Positions 38,310 through 49,244 of a DNA stretch of 57,030 bases are shown piece by piece. The notes beneath the pieces were generated by a model. It saw nothing but the letters and a program-made list of their open reading frames with translations, was not told the DNA's origin and ran no database searches. Every line of letters begins with the position of its first letter. Positions within the stretch are counted from its first letter, which is position 1. The stretch is taken from assembly GCA_032718475.1 (NCBI GenBank), contig JAUCBJ010003651.1, positions 1 through 57,030 of the forward strand. The letters are read 5' to 3'. The position numbers were made by a program, and so were the translations under genes. This DNA comes from Nemertoderma westbladi. Its lineage: Eukaryota; Animalia; Xenacoelomorpha.

Positions 38310-41300
38310 TTATGTTGGGGAGTCCCTAGATGTTTGTTGGATTAGGGAGGTGGTCGTGGGAAGAGTATCTTGCCTTCCATAGTTTCCGGACAGTTCTCGG
38401 TCTCTTTCCAGTAAACATAAACGACCAACTGGGCGATTGAGTTGTTGTGTTTCGAATACAATTCCAGGTTTCCTCTTCGTCCTGGAATAGTGACGATAGA
38501 AACATCGCTTCAAATACACGACGGCCTTACAAAGCCGATTCCAGGAGCTATAGTGGTCCATCGCTCCCGGCAGGAGAGGTGAGAGTCCCTGCGAGATGTC
38601 TGGTGTTCCAGATCTCCAGTCTCTCTCTCTGATCTCCACAACAGATCTGTTCGCGGTGGGGGAGTTTAGATCCACAGCGTCGTCCCTGGCAATGTGTAGT
38701 ACAGACAGATCTATCACGGGTTTAAATAACCTTGATTTACTCGTCCGGGTTTTAGGTTTGACTTTCTCCGCTCCCTTGGCTTGTCTAATCTCAGCCGTGG
38801 TAAGATGGGGAGGCCATTCATCTTCTTTACTTAGGAAGTCGGGTCCACCTAACCAGTCTGGAGTATCTGTCAGTTCTTGAGGAGTTGCTCCTCTGGAAGC
38901 GATGTCGGCTAGATTAATCGTCTCGGGGCAATGTCTCCATTGATCTACATTAGAGTTAATATCGTCATTATCTGAGGAGTATGGTGTTCCCTCAGTTGTG
39001 GTTGTCTCTCCCTCACTGATGTCTTCTTCCCATTCACTCACCTGATGGACCTGATCTTTGGGTAGCCTTTCCATGAGTGTCCTACGGGAAGGTCCAGTGA
39101 AGTACCAACCTACTCTTGTTCTTCCCGCATAGGTTTGCAATGGTTGCGGTCGAGCAGGCCGTTTCTCTAATGTCTCAAGCGCCTCATGCGCATTTTGGCC
39201 GATGAGTATCTGTACCCCTGGGTAGTCGGTGTTGAATCTAGGTATCTCATGCTGCTGGGTGAAATCGTCTTCATCCCAGTTATAAGGTTCCACTTGGCTG
39301 GTAGCGAAGTTCTTTATCGCCACCATTTTTACTGACCTTATACTGTGTTCTCCTAGTTCATCCTGGGGGGTGGACAACGCGCCTACATAGTAGTCTGTAA
39401 CTACTGTAGATTTCCAAACCTGCATAATTCCTGAAAGGTTCAACTTAGTTCGGAACTTGGGTTGTCCAGCAAAGATGTCTTCGGCTAGTTCTTTGTCGAT
39501 GAATGTTCCTGTGCTGCCGGAGTCAAGGAGGGCGTTCACTATATAGCTCTTTTTTAACCCGTGGACTCTCAACTGCACTACGGGAAATTCCCGGATTCCT
39601 ACGTTGGAAGTTGGCGCTTTCCAAGATGGTTGTCGGTCTGGAATAGTTAGGGGGAGCTCACTATCAGTTTCAGTCTCATACGTAAGTGCTCGATACACTG
39701 CGGTGTTTATTAGATAACAGGATTCGTTTTCGTCGGAGAATTCATCCGTGTAGAATCCTTCCATCTCAGAACTGAGGTCAGTGTCGTTCACATCACTGAA
39801 TTGGACATGTAGTTCGGGCTCACTTACCTGACTCGTGCGGGTTCTTTCAAATTCTGTGTGCAGCAAGATATGATGTTTCGCGCCGCACTTAGCACACCTA
39901 GCATCTGAGTAACAGGTCCGCCGTTGGTGTCCTCGTCTGAGACAATTATAACACAACCGCTTATCCCACATGACATCACGTCTATCCTTTAGGGATTTCT
40001 TTAAGAATTCATCACACCCACTCAAGCGATGGGGCCCGTCACACAATACACATTTGGGCTTGATGTTACTTACCTTACCTTGTGTGGTGTGGTGCACACT
40101 TGTTCTCTCCTCGGGCTTTCTTCCATGAATTCTCTTAGGAGACGTGGGAGGAGTTTTTGTTGTCTGTTCTCTCCTGTCACTGGTTCGAGACTTAAATTTA
40201 CTTACGTCTTTAGGTGCGTTGTTGACATAGTAAGATCTTTCGGTGTCTTTCCCGCTGTTCTCCTCGTGGGAGGTTTGGCTTTTGCCGTCGTCGGTATAAC
40301 ACACTGGTGTTACCTTTCGCCTAGAAACGGAATTTTCACTTACCTCACTTTCAGGAGTCTTCTCTCTAGACTGTTTTAGGAGTTGTAATCTTACCTCTCG
40401 GTTTAAGAATGACAGAAGGTCCGTCATGGTTGGATCTCTATGTTGTTGGTCCATCAAATAGAGAACCTTTTTGTCCCAGCGAGTACCTACTTCACTCTTT
40501 GGCAAAGCTGATGCTAAGGCTCCTACAACCATAGAATTCTGGTATTCATGAGACTTACCCAACCAGTCTAGTTGTCTACAGATCTCCTGAATCTCATCGG
40601 AAAACTCTATAATCCCGCTGCTAAGGAACTTTCGGGGTGCTACCAATTTTGCATACAAATACCTAGCTATGTTTGTCCTATTACCATACCTGATGTTTAG
40701 TGTATCCCAAACTTGTCTTAATCCATCTGGATGTCCAATAAACTTTAACGCCATTAACTTGGGAGATCCTTCCAAGCACTCGATGAGGAATCTAAGTTTC
40801 TCTCCGTTAGATAGCACAGAGTTCTGTATGTTATCTTTGTAATATTCATTAAAAGGTAACCATTTCATCTCATCTCCATTGAACTTGACGATCTCTCCCA
40901 CCTTTACCGCTTGACGGGCTTCGGTTCTAGCCATTTGACGCGTAAAACTTTCTTGGGCCATCGTGTTATTTAATATCAAGTTATCGGTATATAAATTTCT
41001 CGGATTATGATCAGGTCTATATGGAATATCATTGTCAACAGGTTTATAATTACCCTTAATAGGGTTTACTATAGGAGTTTCTACTTCACTAGCAGTATAG
41101 ATGCGTGTAGGCTCCACACCTTGCGCATGAAATACTTCAGACCTAACAGGTTGACACATTGTTACAGGGGGTGGTGGTATACCCTTTTGTGTATTTACTA
41201 ATTTATCGCGTTCTAACGCGATGCTCTGTTGCACTTCTCGCAACTCTAACCTACTTTCCCTTACTGTTCCCTTGAACTTTTGAACAGTCTCCTGCATCTG

Positions 41301-43367
41301 CCCGAGCAGGAGATTCATCCCCCGTCGCCCCTCATCCACCCACTCGACCGCCGAAGCGGGAGCCGCCAACATAGTAGCGGGTAGACGAGGGACAACGGGC
41401 GACAAATCATTGATATTTCGCTCGGAGTCCAGGACAGGAACTGTCTCAGGGGCGGTTCTGTTGGGCACAGGTAGTTTAGTGCTGTGCAAAGGGAATTTAG
41501 AGGTAGGTTCTGGGAGTACAGGTGTCTCTATCACCGAAGGGGCGGTTTCGAGAACAGGCCTAATTATTTCAGGCTCATCTACTATAGTAGGGAGTCTTTC
41601 TACTCTAATAATTTGGTCTGTGGGTTCTGTACTACCTAAGTCTGTGCTAGCTAGTTGCCTTCTCACAGCTGGGGGCAAATCAGGCAATTTCTGACGGTGG
41701 GGCATTCTTCTACGCCTGCTGAGACGAGATCTATTTCCTCCGCCTTCAGGATCTGTTGTATCGCCTTCATCCGATGATGTAAAGCCCTGTCGCTTGGGGG
41801 TGGATCGACTTATCAGCTGCATCTGACTAGCTGTTATCTGTTTATTGAAGTTGTCATGGTTCTCTTGAAGATTTTCCAACTCTAGTTGGGTTGTCTCTTC
41901 AGATGCCCTCCGTTCTGCTTCTGCCACTGCTATCTTTCTTTCCGCTTCTGCCGCTTTTCTTTCCGCTTCAGCCGCTGCCACTGCCGCTTTTCTTTCCACT
42001 TCTGCCGCTTTTCTTTCCGCTTCTGCCGCTGCCTCTGCCGCCTTTATTTCCACTTCTGCCGCTTTTCTTTCCGCTTCTGCCGCTGCCTCTGCCGCCTTTC
42101 TTTCCACTTCTGCCGCTTTTCTTTCCGCTTCTGCCGCTGCCACTGCCGCTGCTGCTGTCTTTCTGTCTTCTATACGTTTTTTCTTTACTTGTTCTTCTTG
42201 GACCCTAGCGATGCGGCTGCTTTCAACAAATTTAGCTTGGTTCGCAGCTAACATTTCCGCATCTAATGCGTCCAACACAAACTTGGCTCCTTCACTATTA
42301 GGGCGAACTCCAGCCAGCCGTCTCCTCAACTCTTCGTCTCCTACAAATCGTTGATAGTCCGACAGATAGATGTCAATAGCGTCCTTCTTCTGAGGTTTCT
42401 CTAATGTAACCTCGCTTTCCACCTGAGAAAAGGCAGCGTCTGTTGATTCTCCATGGGTTGAGCGCTCAGTTAGCTGAATTTTCCACTGGGTCGTTCCTTG
42501 AACCTTGAGACTCACCCGTTGGAACCAAGTCTTGACAGCAACTTGCAACAACGTGTCTTGGGTTCTCTTCGAAGCTTCGTCAAAGGCTGATAGGAGGAGT
42601 CTGATTCTTAGGATTCTTACTCGAACTTGATAAAGCAGCTCTCCCTGCTCTTGAGGTCCTTGGTGTTGTTGAAACAGTTGTTCCTCTAATCGCTCCAAAG
42701 AGCTGAAGAATCCCTGTACATATCCTGCTGCCAACCTCTTCCATACAGCTGGATCACTAGTGTCCTTTGTCACTCCCATCCCGTATAAGTCCTCCCAGGC
42801 AGTTTCCGATAAGTTAAACGGGAGTCCGGGTCCGGGGAAGTTCCATTGCGTCTCGACAATAGACTTCAGTTCCTCCTTCGTGTATCCCGCATAACTGTCC
42901 TTGGTCGATCGCTTACTTCTCGCCCAATCCATTTGATGTTCTTCCACCGGAATCAATACTCTAGTGAGTACGGCTTCAGGAAGAATGAGAAGTGGATCCG
43001 AATAAACTGCATCTGCCATCTTTGCTCCGCGCTCGGGTGTCAACTCTACAGTATCTGAACTACTGGAGCTATCGGGTCGCTGAGAAATAAGTTCTCGGCT
43101 CTGGTGTTGCTGCTGTTTAACAGCTGCCTCTTGGTCCCGCTTGACTTGAGCCCCAGTACCTATGACAGACCTACAGCGCTTCACTAACTTCGCAAATTGC
43201 GAAATTGCTTCTACTAACCTAGGTTCTGACACAACTACTGTAGGGGTTGCCTTTCTTACAGTAGGAGGGGTCTCAGACCTCGGTCTGGGATTCTCTATAC
43301 TCCTATCTGAGAAACAGACTGTTGTTTCTAGGAGACTATCTGACAGTGTTTGTTTTGTGTCAGCCAT
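38310..43367 (-). CDS. BEL/Pao Gag-protease polyprotein with residual RNase H C-terminus; RT and integrase absent
   Basis: DUF1759-like KFNGDEMKWLPF..LSNGEKLRFL; three knuckles CVLCDGPH..C, CYNCLRRGH..C, CAKCGAKHHILLH; protease ALLDSGS; QWRHC..NLADIASRG..WLGGPDFL; likely ATG 43367 (MADTKQ). Confidence 0.92.
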   Translation of the reverse strand: MADTKQTLSDSLLETTVCFSDRSIENPRPRSETPPTVRKATPTVVVSEPRLVEAISQFAKLVKRCRSVIGTGAQVKRDQEAAVKQQQHQSRELISQRPDSSSSSDTVELTPERGAKMADAVYSDPLLILPEAVLTRVLIPVEEHQMDWARSKRSTKDSYAGYTKEELKSIVETQWNFPGPGLPFNLSETAWEDLYGMGVTKDTSDPAVWKRLAAGYVQGFFSSLERLEEQLFQQHQGPQEQGELLYQVRVRILRIRLLLSAFDEASKRTQDTLLQVAVKTWFQRVSLKVQGTTQWKIQLTERSTHGESTDAAFSQVESEVTLEKPQKKDAIDIYLSDYQRFVGDEELRRRLAGVRPNSEGAKFVLDALDAEMLAANQAKFVESSRIARVQEEQVKKKRIEDRKTAAAAVAAAEAERKAAEVERKAAEAAAEAERKAAEVEIKAAEAAAEAERKAAEVERKAAVAAAEAERKAAEAERKIAVAEAERRASEETTQLELENLQENHDNFNKQITASQMQLISRSTPKRQGFTSSDEGDTTDPEGGGNRSRLSRRRRMPHRQKLPDLPPAVRRQLASTDLGSTEPTDQIIRVERLPTIVDEPEIIRPVLETAPSVIETPVLPEPTSKFPLHSTKLPVPNRTAPETVPVLDSERNINDLSPVVPRLPATMLAAPASAVEWVDEGRRGMNLLLGQMQETVQKFKGTVRESRLELREVQQSIALERDKLVNTQKGIPPPPVTMCQPVRSEVFHAQGVEPTRIYTASEVETPIVNPIKGNYKPVDNDIPYRPDHNPRNLYTDNLILNNTMAQESFTRQMARTEARQAVKVGEIVKFNGDEMKWLPFNEYYKDNIQNSVLSNGEKLRFLIECLEGSPKLMALKFIGHPDGLRQVWDTLNIRYGNRTNIARYLYAKLVAPRKFLSSGIIEFSDEIQEICRQLDWLGKSHEYQNSMVVGALASALPKSEVGTRWDKKVLYLMDQQHRDPTMTDLLSFLNREVRLQLLKQSREKTPESEVSENSVSRRKVTPVCYTDDGKSQTSHEENSGKDTERSYYVNNAPKDVSKFKSRTSDRREQTTKTPPTSPKRIHGRKPEERTSVHHTTQGKVSNIKPKCVLCDGPHRLSGCDEFLKKSLKDRRDVMWDKRLCYNCLRRGHQRRTCYSDARCAKCGAKHHILLHTEFERTRTSQVSEPELHVQFSDVNDTDLSSEMEGFYTDEFSDENESCYLINTAVYRALTYETETDSELPLTIPDRQPSWKAPTSNVGIREFPVVQLRVHGLKKSYIVNALLDSGSTGTFIDKELAEDIFAGQPKFRTKLNLSGIMQVWKSTVVTDYYVGALSTPQDELGEHSIRSVKMVAIKNFATSQVEPYNWDEDDFTQQHEIPRFNTDYPGVQILIGQNAHEALETLEKRPARPQPLQTYAGRTRVGWYFTGPSRRTLMERLPKDQVHQVSEWEEDISEGETTTTEGTPYSSDNDDINSNVDQWRHCPETINLADIASRGATPQELTDTPDWLGGPDFLSKEDEWPPHLTTAEIRQAKGAEKVKPKTRTSKSRLFKPVIDLSVLHIARDDAVDLNSPTANRSVVEIRERDWRSGTPDISQGLSPLLPGAMDHYSSWNRLCKAVVYLKRCFYRHYSRTKRKPGIVFETQQLNRPVGRLCLLERDRELSGNYGRQDTLPTTTSLIQQTSRDSPT
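41905..42155 (-). repeat. In-frame coding tandem repeat (AEAERKAAEVERKAA) forming a helical or coiled-coil linker in Gag
   Basis: Repeated ttctgccgcttttctttccgc units. Confidence 0.85.
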
Positions 43368-43494
43368 GTTTGATTGTACAGTTGAATGCCTGCTACTATA
43401 ATGACAGTTAAAGCAAGTATAGTAATTCAGTATCAACTGTTAGCCTAGTAATTAATTACCGATATCGTTACTCAATGTAACGCGATATATATAA

Positions 43495-43765
43495 TATATT
43501 AGAATACCGGTATACACCTATAGTATATATATAAGTATTATTACAGACTAGGGTTTGTCACAGAATACCGGTATATATAATTTCAGCATAAATATATATA
43601 TATATAATAAGCCTAACGTGAATACCGGTATACAGCTAACACTTATAGTGTATATATAAGTATAATTATAGACTAGAATTAATTACAGAATACCGGTATA
43701 TATTTTCAGCTTAAATTTATAGAAATAAATATAATAAGCCTATCGTAAATACCGGTATGTCAATT
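43495..43765. repeat. ~60-bp tandem repeats in BEL 5' leader, each with TACCGGTA
   Basis: aataccggtat at ~43503, 43564, 43621, 43689, 43748. Confidence 0.75.
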
Positions 43766-45230
43766 ATTTTAGAATAATTGAATTTCTGAATTCTAGGGTT
43801 ACTTAGTTACTTTACTTTACCTTATTACCGTTATTTAAGCAGTAGTCCAACTGATATTAAGACCTAATTGATGTATGACGGCCTACTGTTTTATAAATCG
43901 CTTTGAGTTGATTTATAATATATATACCCGTTTAATGGGTTTTGTTACAATATTTGAAATAAATGTTATTATTTCTGGGAAGGAGTCACTACACAGAAGC
44001 TGTACGCTCTCAGTGAAGTGCTACTTGTTGGACACTAAAACAAATAATTCTACTTACCTAATTTACTTATTACTACAAATTACGTACAATACGGGGTGAG
44101 ATTACAATCTCTAAATAAACACAAAAATTACACGTATGAATTTTTAGGGTTAATTTTACAGGAAATCTACAAACCAGCCTAACAAGGAGTTAGAATATCT
44201 GGTTATTACAAACGGACAGGATACTACGGTATTTGAAAATAATAAAGCAGTAGTAAATATATTGCGTTGTCTAGATAGGAAAAATACCACCGTCTGACGA
44301 CTTATAGCCGTAGCGCTATAAGTACTACGTTATGTACCCGGAGTGTTCCTACCTAGAAGTTAATTACCGCAGCCTACTATAGCTAACGTGCCTATTAACC
44401 ACTTTACAACACAAATATACTGCCTACAAACTAATTACCTTCGGAAAGCACTGTACACTAAACCCTAAATTAGGTACAAGTACTTATACAACAAATAACC
44501 AGCAGTTAAAAATACTTGTACAGCTAAAAGAACCACGGTATCTGCTGGAGTGACCAGAGCATAAAATCACCAGTCTTTACCTACGCCAAACAGCCCTGAT
44601 GTAGTACCGGGGTTAATTTAACTATAACGGTATGTATAACAAGCACAATTACTGTAGGAATAAACTTGGGGGTATGTATGTTGCAAATAATCGCATAAAC
44701 TCTGAATAATAAATATTACGCTACCCGTACAGACTACACAAACAAAATACAAACCAAATTTACCTTACATCACTGGATGCCCCCACGTTCCTAACTAGTA
44801 CTTTATCGGACATACACTCTACACACACTGCAATCCCTTCAGACTTAACAACAGCCAGACAACAATCCAGCCTACAAATTATTTATACAATCTGAGCAGG
44901 CTTACACGCCTTCTGCTCAATATTAACTTACAAATAAATAAAACTGACAGAAATAAGTAAACCATACAAAAGAATAAGGGGTGATCAATCCCTAATCCTC
45001 TAACAGCCTACAATATACAATATCACAATCGAAATAATACTAGTACCTGTACTGCTGTAAGTACCAGTTTGGGTGGTTAGGTAGTTAGGCCTACTGGTTA
45101 CCGGTCGACCGGTACTTTTGCCTTTATTGCCTACGTTGCAATAAAGAAAGAATAACTGTTATTGTTCTTACCAGAACAATAGACAACTATATTTATTGCC
45201 TACGCTGCAATCAGGAGTTAAAACTATTAA

Positions 45231-46443
45231 TGTTCGCGCTTTTAGACCTTTAGCAGTTTAACCTGCTAATTTTAGGTGTCTTTTGTATATCAATTATTTA
45301 ATGTACTGAAGGTACATCAGCCGAAGCCAGCCTGTGCGCGACCATTCACCCACAGTTAAGGGAGACTGGATTCGGATGCTTTGATAGTGATTGCAGTGTA
45401 GACCTGCTGTATTATTCGATTGATCGTTAATATATAATCTCTGACAATATTATTCACTTTCGGGGAAATATTAACAGTTCCTTTAGGACGTGGCGCTTTA
45501 AGTATAAAACAGAGTTATGACTTATACTAATCACAACTGGATGGCTACTGAGTTTCGTAAAAGGCGCATTCTTTAGGAGATGCTTTATTAACCTTCACAC
45601 TACTTCACACTAGTTCACACTACTGGGCACTGATCTGCCGACTGTCACTGAATTTAATCAGATATAAGGAGGATCGCAACTGACACATGTAGGGATTATG
45701 AAATAGCATTCAATTCACACAAAACCACTATAATGTAAGTCGCAGTTGCTACCGGTAAACCTGTTCCTCTAACCTTTAGTAATCAAAGAGATTGAGGGTT
45801 TTATGATTATTCATCGGTATTCTCCAAATATATCAGCAATATATACCAGCATAACACAGTAACACCAATTAATAACAGAATCAAATAATGCGGTGAACAG
45901 TCAGTATGTGTAGTTGAATCGCGTTGCGTGATGCCGCGATGTGGCGGTGTGCTGCGCCGTGAGTCTGCTGTGTGCTATGTTAATAGTTTTACGTTCCTTT
46001 GATCAAAGCCATCTGATGTTTCTGAGGTTTAGGTCAAAGTCTTAAACTTCCACAGAAGTACAGAAGAATCCTAAGCCGGTGTTCTGGGCTTAGAAAGATA
46101 CACACTGACTGAATTGCGTGAGTTTCTGTATGCACTGTCCAACATAAAATGAAAATCGCTCTGATTGGTCGAGCCAAACAAAGAACAAAGAAAGCCAAAA
46201 AGCTCCACGTCGACATATCAGCTGATAGATGTCGTCATCTGAACTACACTGTATTAAGAGTATTTTAGCGTATTGCGGCATAAAATGGCTTGTTATGTCC
46301 GCTAAAGTACACATACAGAAAAATGGCTTTTTATGTCCACTAAAACACCTACACAGTAAGAAAACGGCTTTTTATGTCCGCTAAAACACCTACAGAGTAC
46401 TTTGCGGGGAAAATAACTAGCTAGATCCGCAAAAGCCTTTACA
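45231..46443 (-). repeat. 5' LTR of BEL copy 1 (1213 bp)
   Basis: Near-identical to 33761-34983; CCAAT box on the sense strand near 46165. Confidence 0.95.
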
Positions 46444-47004
46444 ATGAATAAGGTGATCTACCGGTACCATTATAGTTCAAACAATTACTATGAATGAGGT
46501 GATCTACCGGTACCATTATAGTTCAAACAATTACTATGAAGGAGGTGATCTACCGGTACCATTATAGTTAAAACAATTACTATGAATAAGGTGATCTACC
46601 GGTACCATTATAGTTCAAACAATTACTATGAATGAGGTGATCTACCGGTACCATTATAGTTCAAACAATTACTTTGAATAAGGTGATCTACCGGTACCAT
46701 TATAATTCAAACAATTACTATGAATAAGGTGATCTGCCGGTACCATTATAGTTCAAACAATTACTATGAATGAGGTGATCTACCGGTACCATTATAGTTC
46801 AAACAATTACTATGAATGAGGTGATCTACTGGTACCATTATAGTTCAAACAATTACTATGAATGAGGTGATCTACCGGTACCATTATAGTTCAAACAATT
46901 ACTATGAATGAGGTGATCTACCGGTACCATTATAGTTCAAACAATTACTATGAATGAGGTGATCTACCGGTACCATTATAGTTCAAACAATTACTATGAA
47001 TGAG
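46444..47004 (+). repeat. 46-bp tandem satellite, block 3
   Basis: Resumes in register after TSD ATGAA. Confidence 0.96.
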
Positions 47005-47748
47005 CTTATTATTGTTACCATACTGCTATATGCCTCGCCACAAAGTTGTGGAGTTCCAGCAGTTTTGATTAATTGTTATAATGACCTTAATTATTTTATA
47101 TTTTTTATTAAAATCGCATTAATTATGTCCCAAAGTTCCCAGCGATGCTGCAGGTGCATGGCCGGGTCTTGTGGCCCATCAACCAAATGTCGCTGCGCCC
47201 GCGGGGGACGTCCCTGTGTTGGCTGCAAACCGTCGGATTGTGACGACTACAAGAATCCTCACAGCCTCACCGTGTCAGCCACCAGGCGCGCCACAACTGC
47301 GATCCCTGCCTCAGCTGTATCTCCAGTCGGTTTGTCCCTCGAGGAGGACGACGTGGCCGTGTATCACAGCAATTCGACTTCCGATTCAGACTCATATTTG
47401 AGCGCCGTTATAACTCAGATCCCGTTACTGCGCAAAGTCGATATGGGCGCTGACCCAGCGACCCGGGTTCCTGCGGGAGAACCTCATCCTCTACCTCCAT
47501 CGACTTCAGACCGCCTGGAGAGCGCCTTTGGGGGACCATGGCTCAATGCCCCCTGGCGTTTCAACTGATCTGGACTGGGGAGCCCGCTACTCTCGACTTG
47601 CCGGCCTTTCAGGTCGCCTCTATACAGTGCCCGGTGGCAACGTGGGGCGAAAGGTGGCGGTGTTTCTTGCCCGTGAGGTGGAGAAATTGACCGAGGGAGT
47701 CCACCCTTCTGAGCGCCCCCTTTGCTTCATCGCGACTGTGTTCCAGCT
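47005..47748 (+). mobile_element. 5' fragment of a CRE/Ambal-like non-LTR retrotransposon within the satellite
   Basis: ATG 47125, Cys cluster CCRC..C..CRC..C..CKP..C; after a frameshift in G5 (~47530): LYTVPGGNVGRK..LAREV..SERPLCFIATVFQ, recalled as typical of the pre-RT region of CRE/Ambal elements. Confidence 0.55.
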
Positions 47749-47970
47749 CCATTATACTGTAGTTCAAACAATTACTATGAATGAGGTGATCTACCGGTAC
47801 CATTATAGTTCAAACAATTACTATGAATAAGGTGATCTACCGGTACCATTATAGTTCAAACAATTACTATGAATGAGGTGATCTACTGGTACCATTATAG
47901 TTCAAACAATTACTATGAATGAGGTGAATGACTATTACCATTATCGTTCAAACAATTACTATAAATGAGA
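47749..47970 (+). repeat. 46-bp tandem satellite, block 4 (degenerate end)
   Basis: Same unit. Confidence 0.93.
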
Positions 47971-48934
47971 CAGATCAAGGCGTCCTCGCACAGTCCCTTG
48001 TGAGACGTGCACAGTGCAGAAAGTTGATACATTGAAAGTTATATACTTCTTGCGTTCGATTATATTCCATACTGTATATCCGTATTTATTTATATAAAAC
48101 TTATATGGAAAGTGATAGGAAAAATTATCTTTCATTAGTGACAGATTTCAATAATGAAAGATAATTTTTGTTTGGGCACAGTGCTTTAAATGCTGCAGCC
48201 TAGCCCAACCCCGGCTTTCATCCTTCAGTGGTCGATAAATGGGAACCAAGGCAACTTGGGAAACATAGTGGAAGGGTTTACTGTGGAAAATCACCCATGG
48301 GGTGAACAGGCATTCCTTGGCTTAACGAGCCTAAAAGATTCTCCCATTCATTTCAATAATTGGTTATTTATGAGAATTGTAATCATTAGCTCTGTTTTTA
48401 GAGTTTTTATTATGACAAAAAAGGCGTTAACTTATAAGAAAGTTAAATTTTATTTAGAAGTTTTATTATCTCCAGATTGTTAGTGTAGTGGAGTAGCGTA
48501 CATTGTCATGATCTCTTGGCTCCCGCCCATTTCTACCTTGCATCTTTAAATGGTTGCTGAATTACAGTAGTACCCAGGCCTACAAATTTCCTTAATAAAT
48601 TAAAAATTGCCTTTGCTTCCAATTATTGTCACTCTTTTTTCCACAATAGGATGATGTTTCCAGTTACATGGGTGAGGATTACGTTGGATTAATACTGGAA
48701 CCAAACTACAATTCATCCGTCGATTTATCCACTTTCAACCAACGAACTCAAAACCTTTGCAATGGTGTGCCGACGTTCACTATGCATATTTGTCAGGTTA
48801 ATTTATTTTATTCCAAAATTGCAACATTACTCAACGCCGTTCGTATTAACAGCGAATAGTTATTTAGCACTTTACAACTTAAGAGGATATTACAGTATTG
48901 TATTGTCCTGTACATTTAATATTGTATTTGGTGT

Positions 48935-49031
48935 TATTGTTTACGTGGTTACTATGACGGCGTTAGGTAATGTCCCCCTAGTGGACATTACCTAACGTTA
49001 CCATAGTAACATGGTTACCACGTAAACAATA
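48935..49031. repeat. 97-bp long hairpin / inverted repeat
   Basis: tattgtttacgtggt..tactatg..cgttaggtaatgtcc [loop] ggacattacctaacg..catagta..accacgtaaacaata. Confidence 0.85.
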
Positions 49032-49244
49032 GGTGGAAATTTGCCTGACAGCCAGCTAGGCCTAAGGCATTACCTACCGGTAGGCGGGGTATAGCTATTA
49101 ATAACCAGTAGGGCCTAGCTTATTATAACATGGCTCCAAACGCCACCATAAATATATGCTAACTTATTTATAACACAATTTATGTCATTTTTACATTTAT
49201 TTATACAGCAACTAATTTAATTTGTGCAGTTTCTATCACTTATA

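Larger units (their letters stand above)
33761..46443 (-). mobile_element. Complete BEL/Pao LTR retrotransposon, non-autonomous (no RT or integrase), copy 1
   Basis: TG...CA LTRs 33761-34983 and 45231-46443, ~98% identical by eye; 5-bp TSD ATGAA; Gag-protease ORF on the minus strand. Confidence 0.95.

Noticed and set aside
41886-42251. Plus-strand Cys/Phe- and Leu/Pro-rich ORFs
   Set aside because: Antisense reading of the AEAERKA repeat in Gag
44619-44631. TAACTATAACGGT match to part of the I-CeuI / LSU rRNA site
   Set aside because: 13-bp match only, no flanking rRNA similarity
30818-47970. 46-bp repeats as a CRISPR or spliced-leader array
   Set aside because: No spacers; no Sm-site or SL RNA structure recognised
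47975-48900. Possible degraded coding sequence on the minus strand
   Set aside because: Many stops and no identifiable domain by eye
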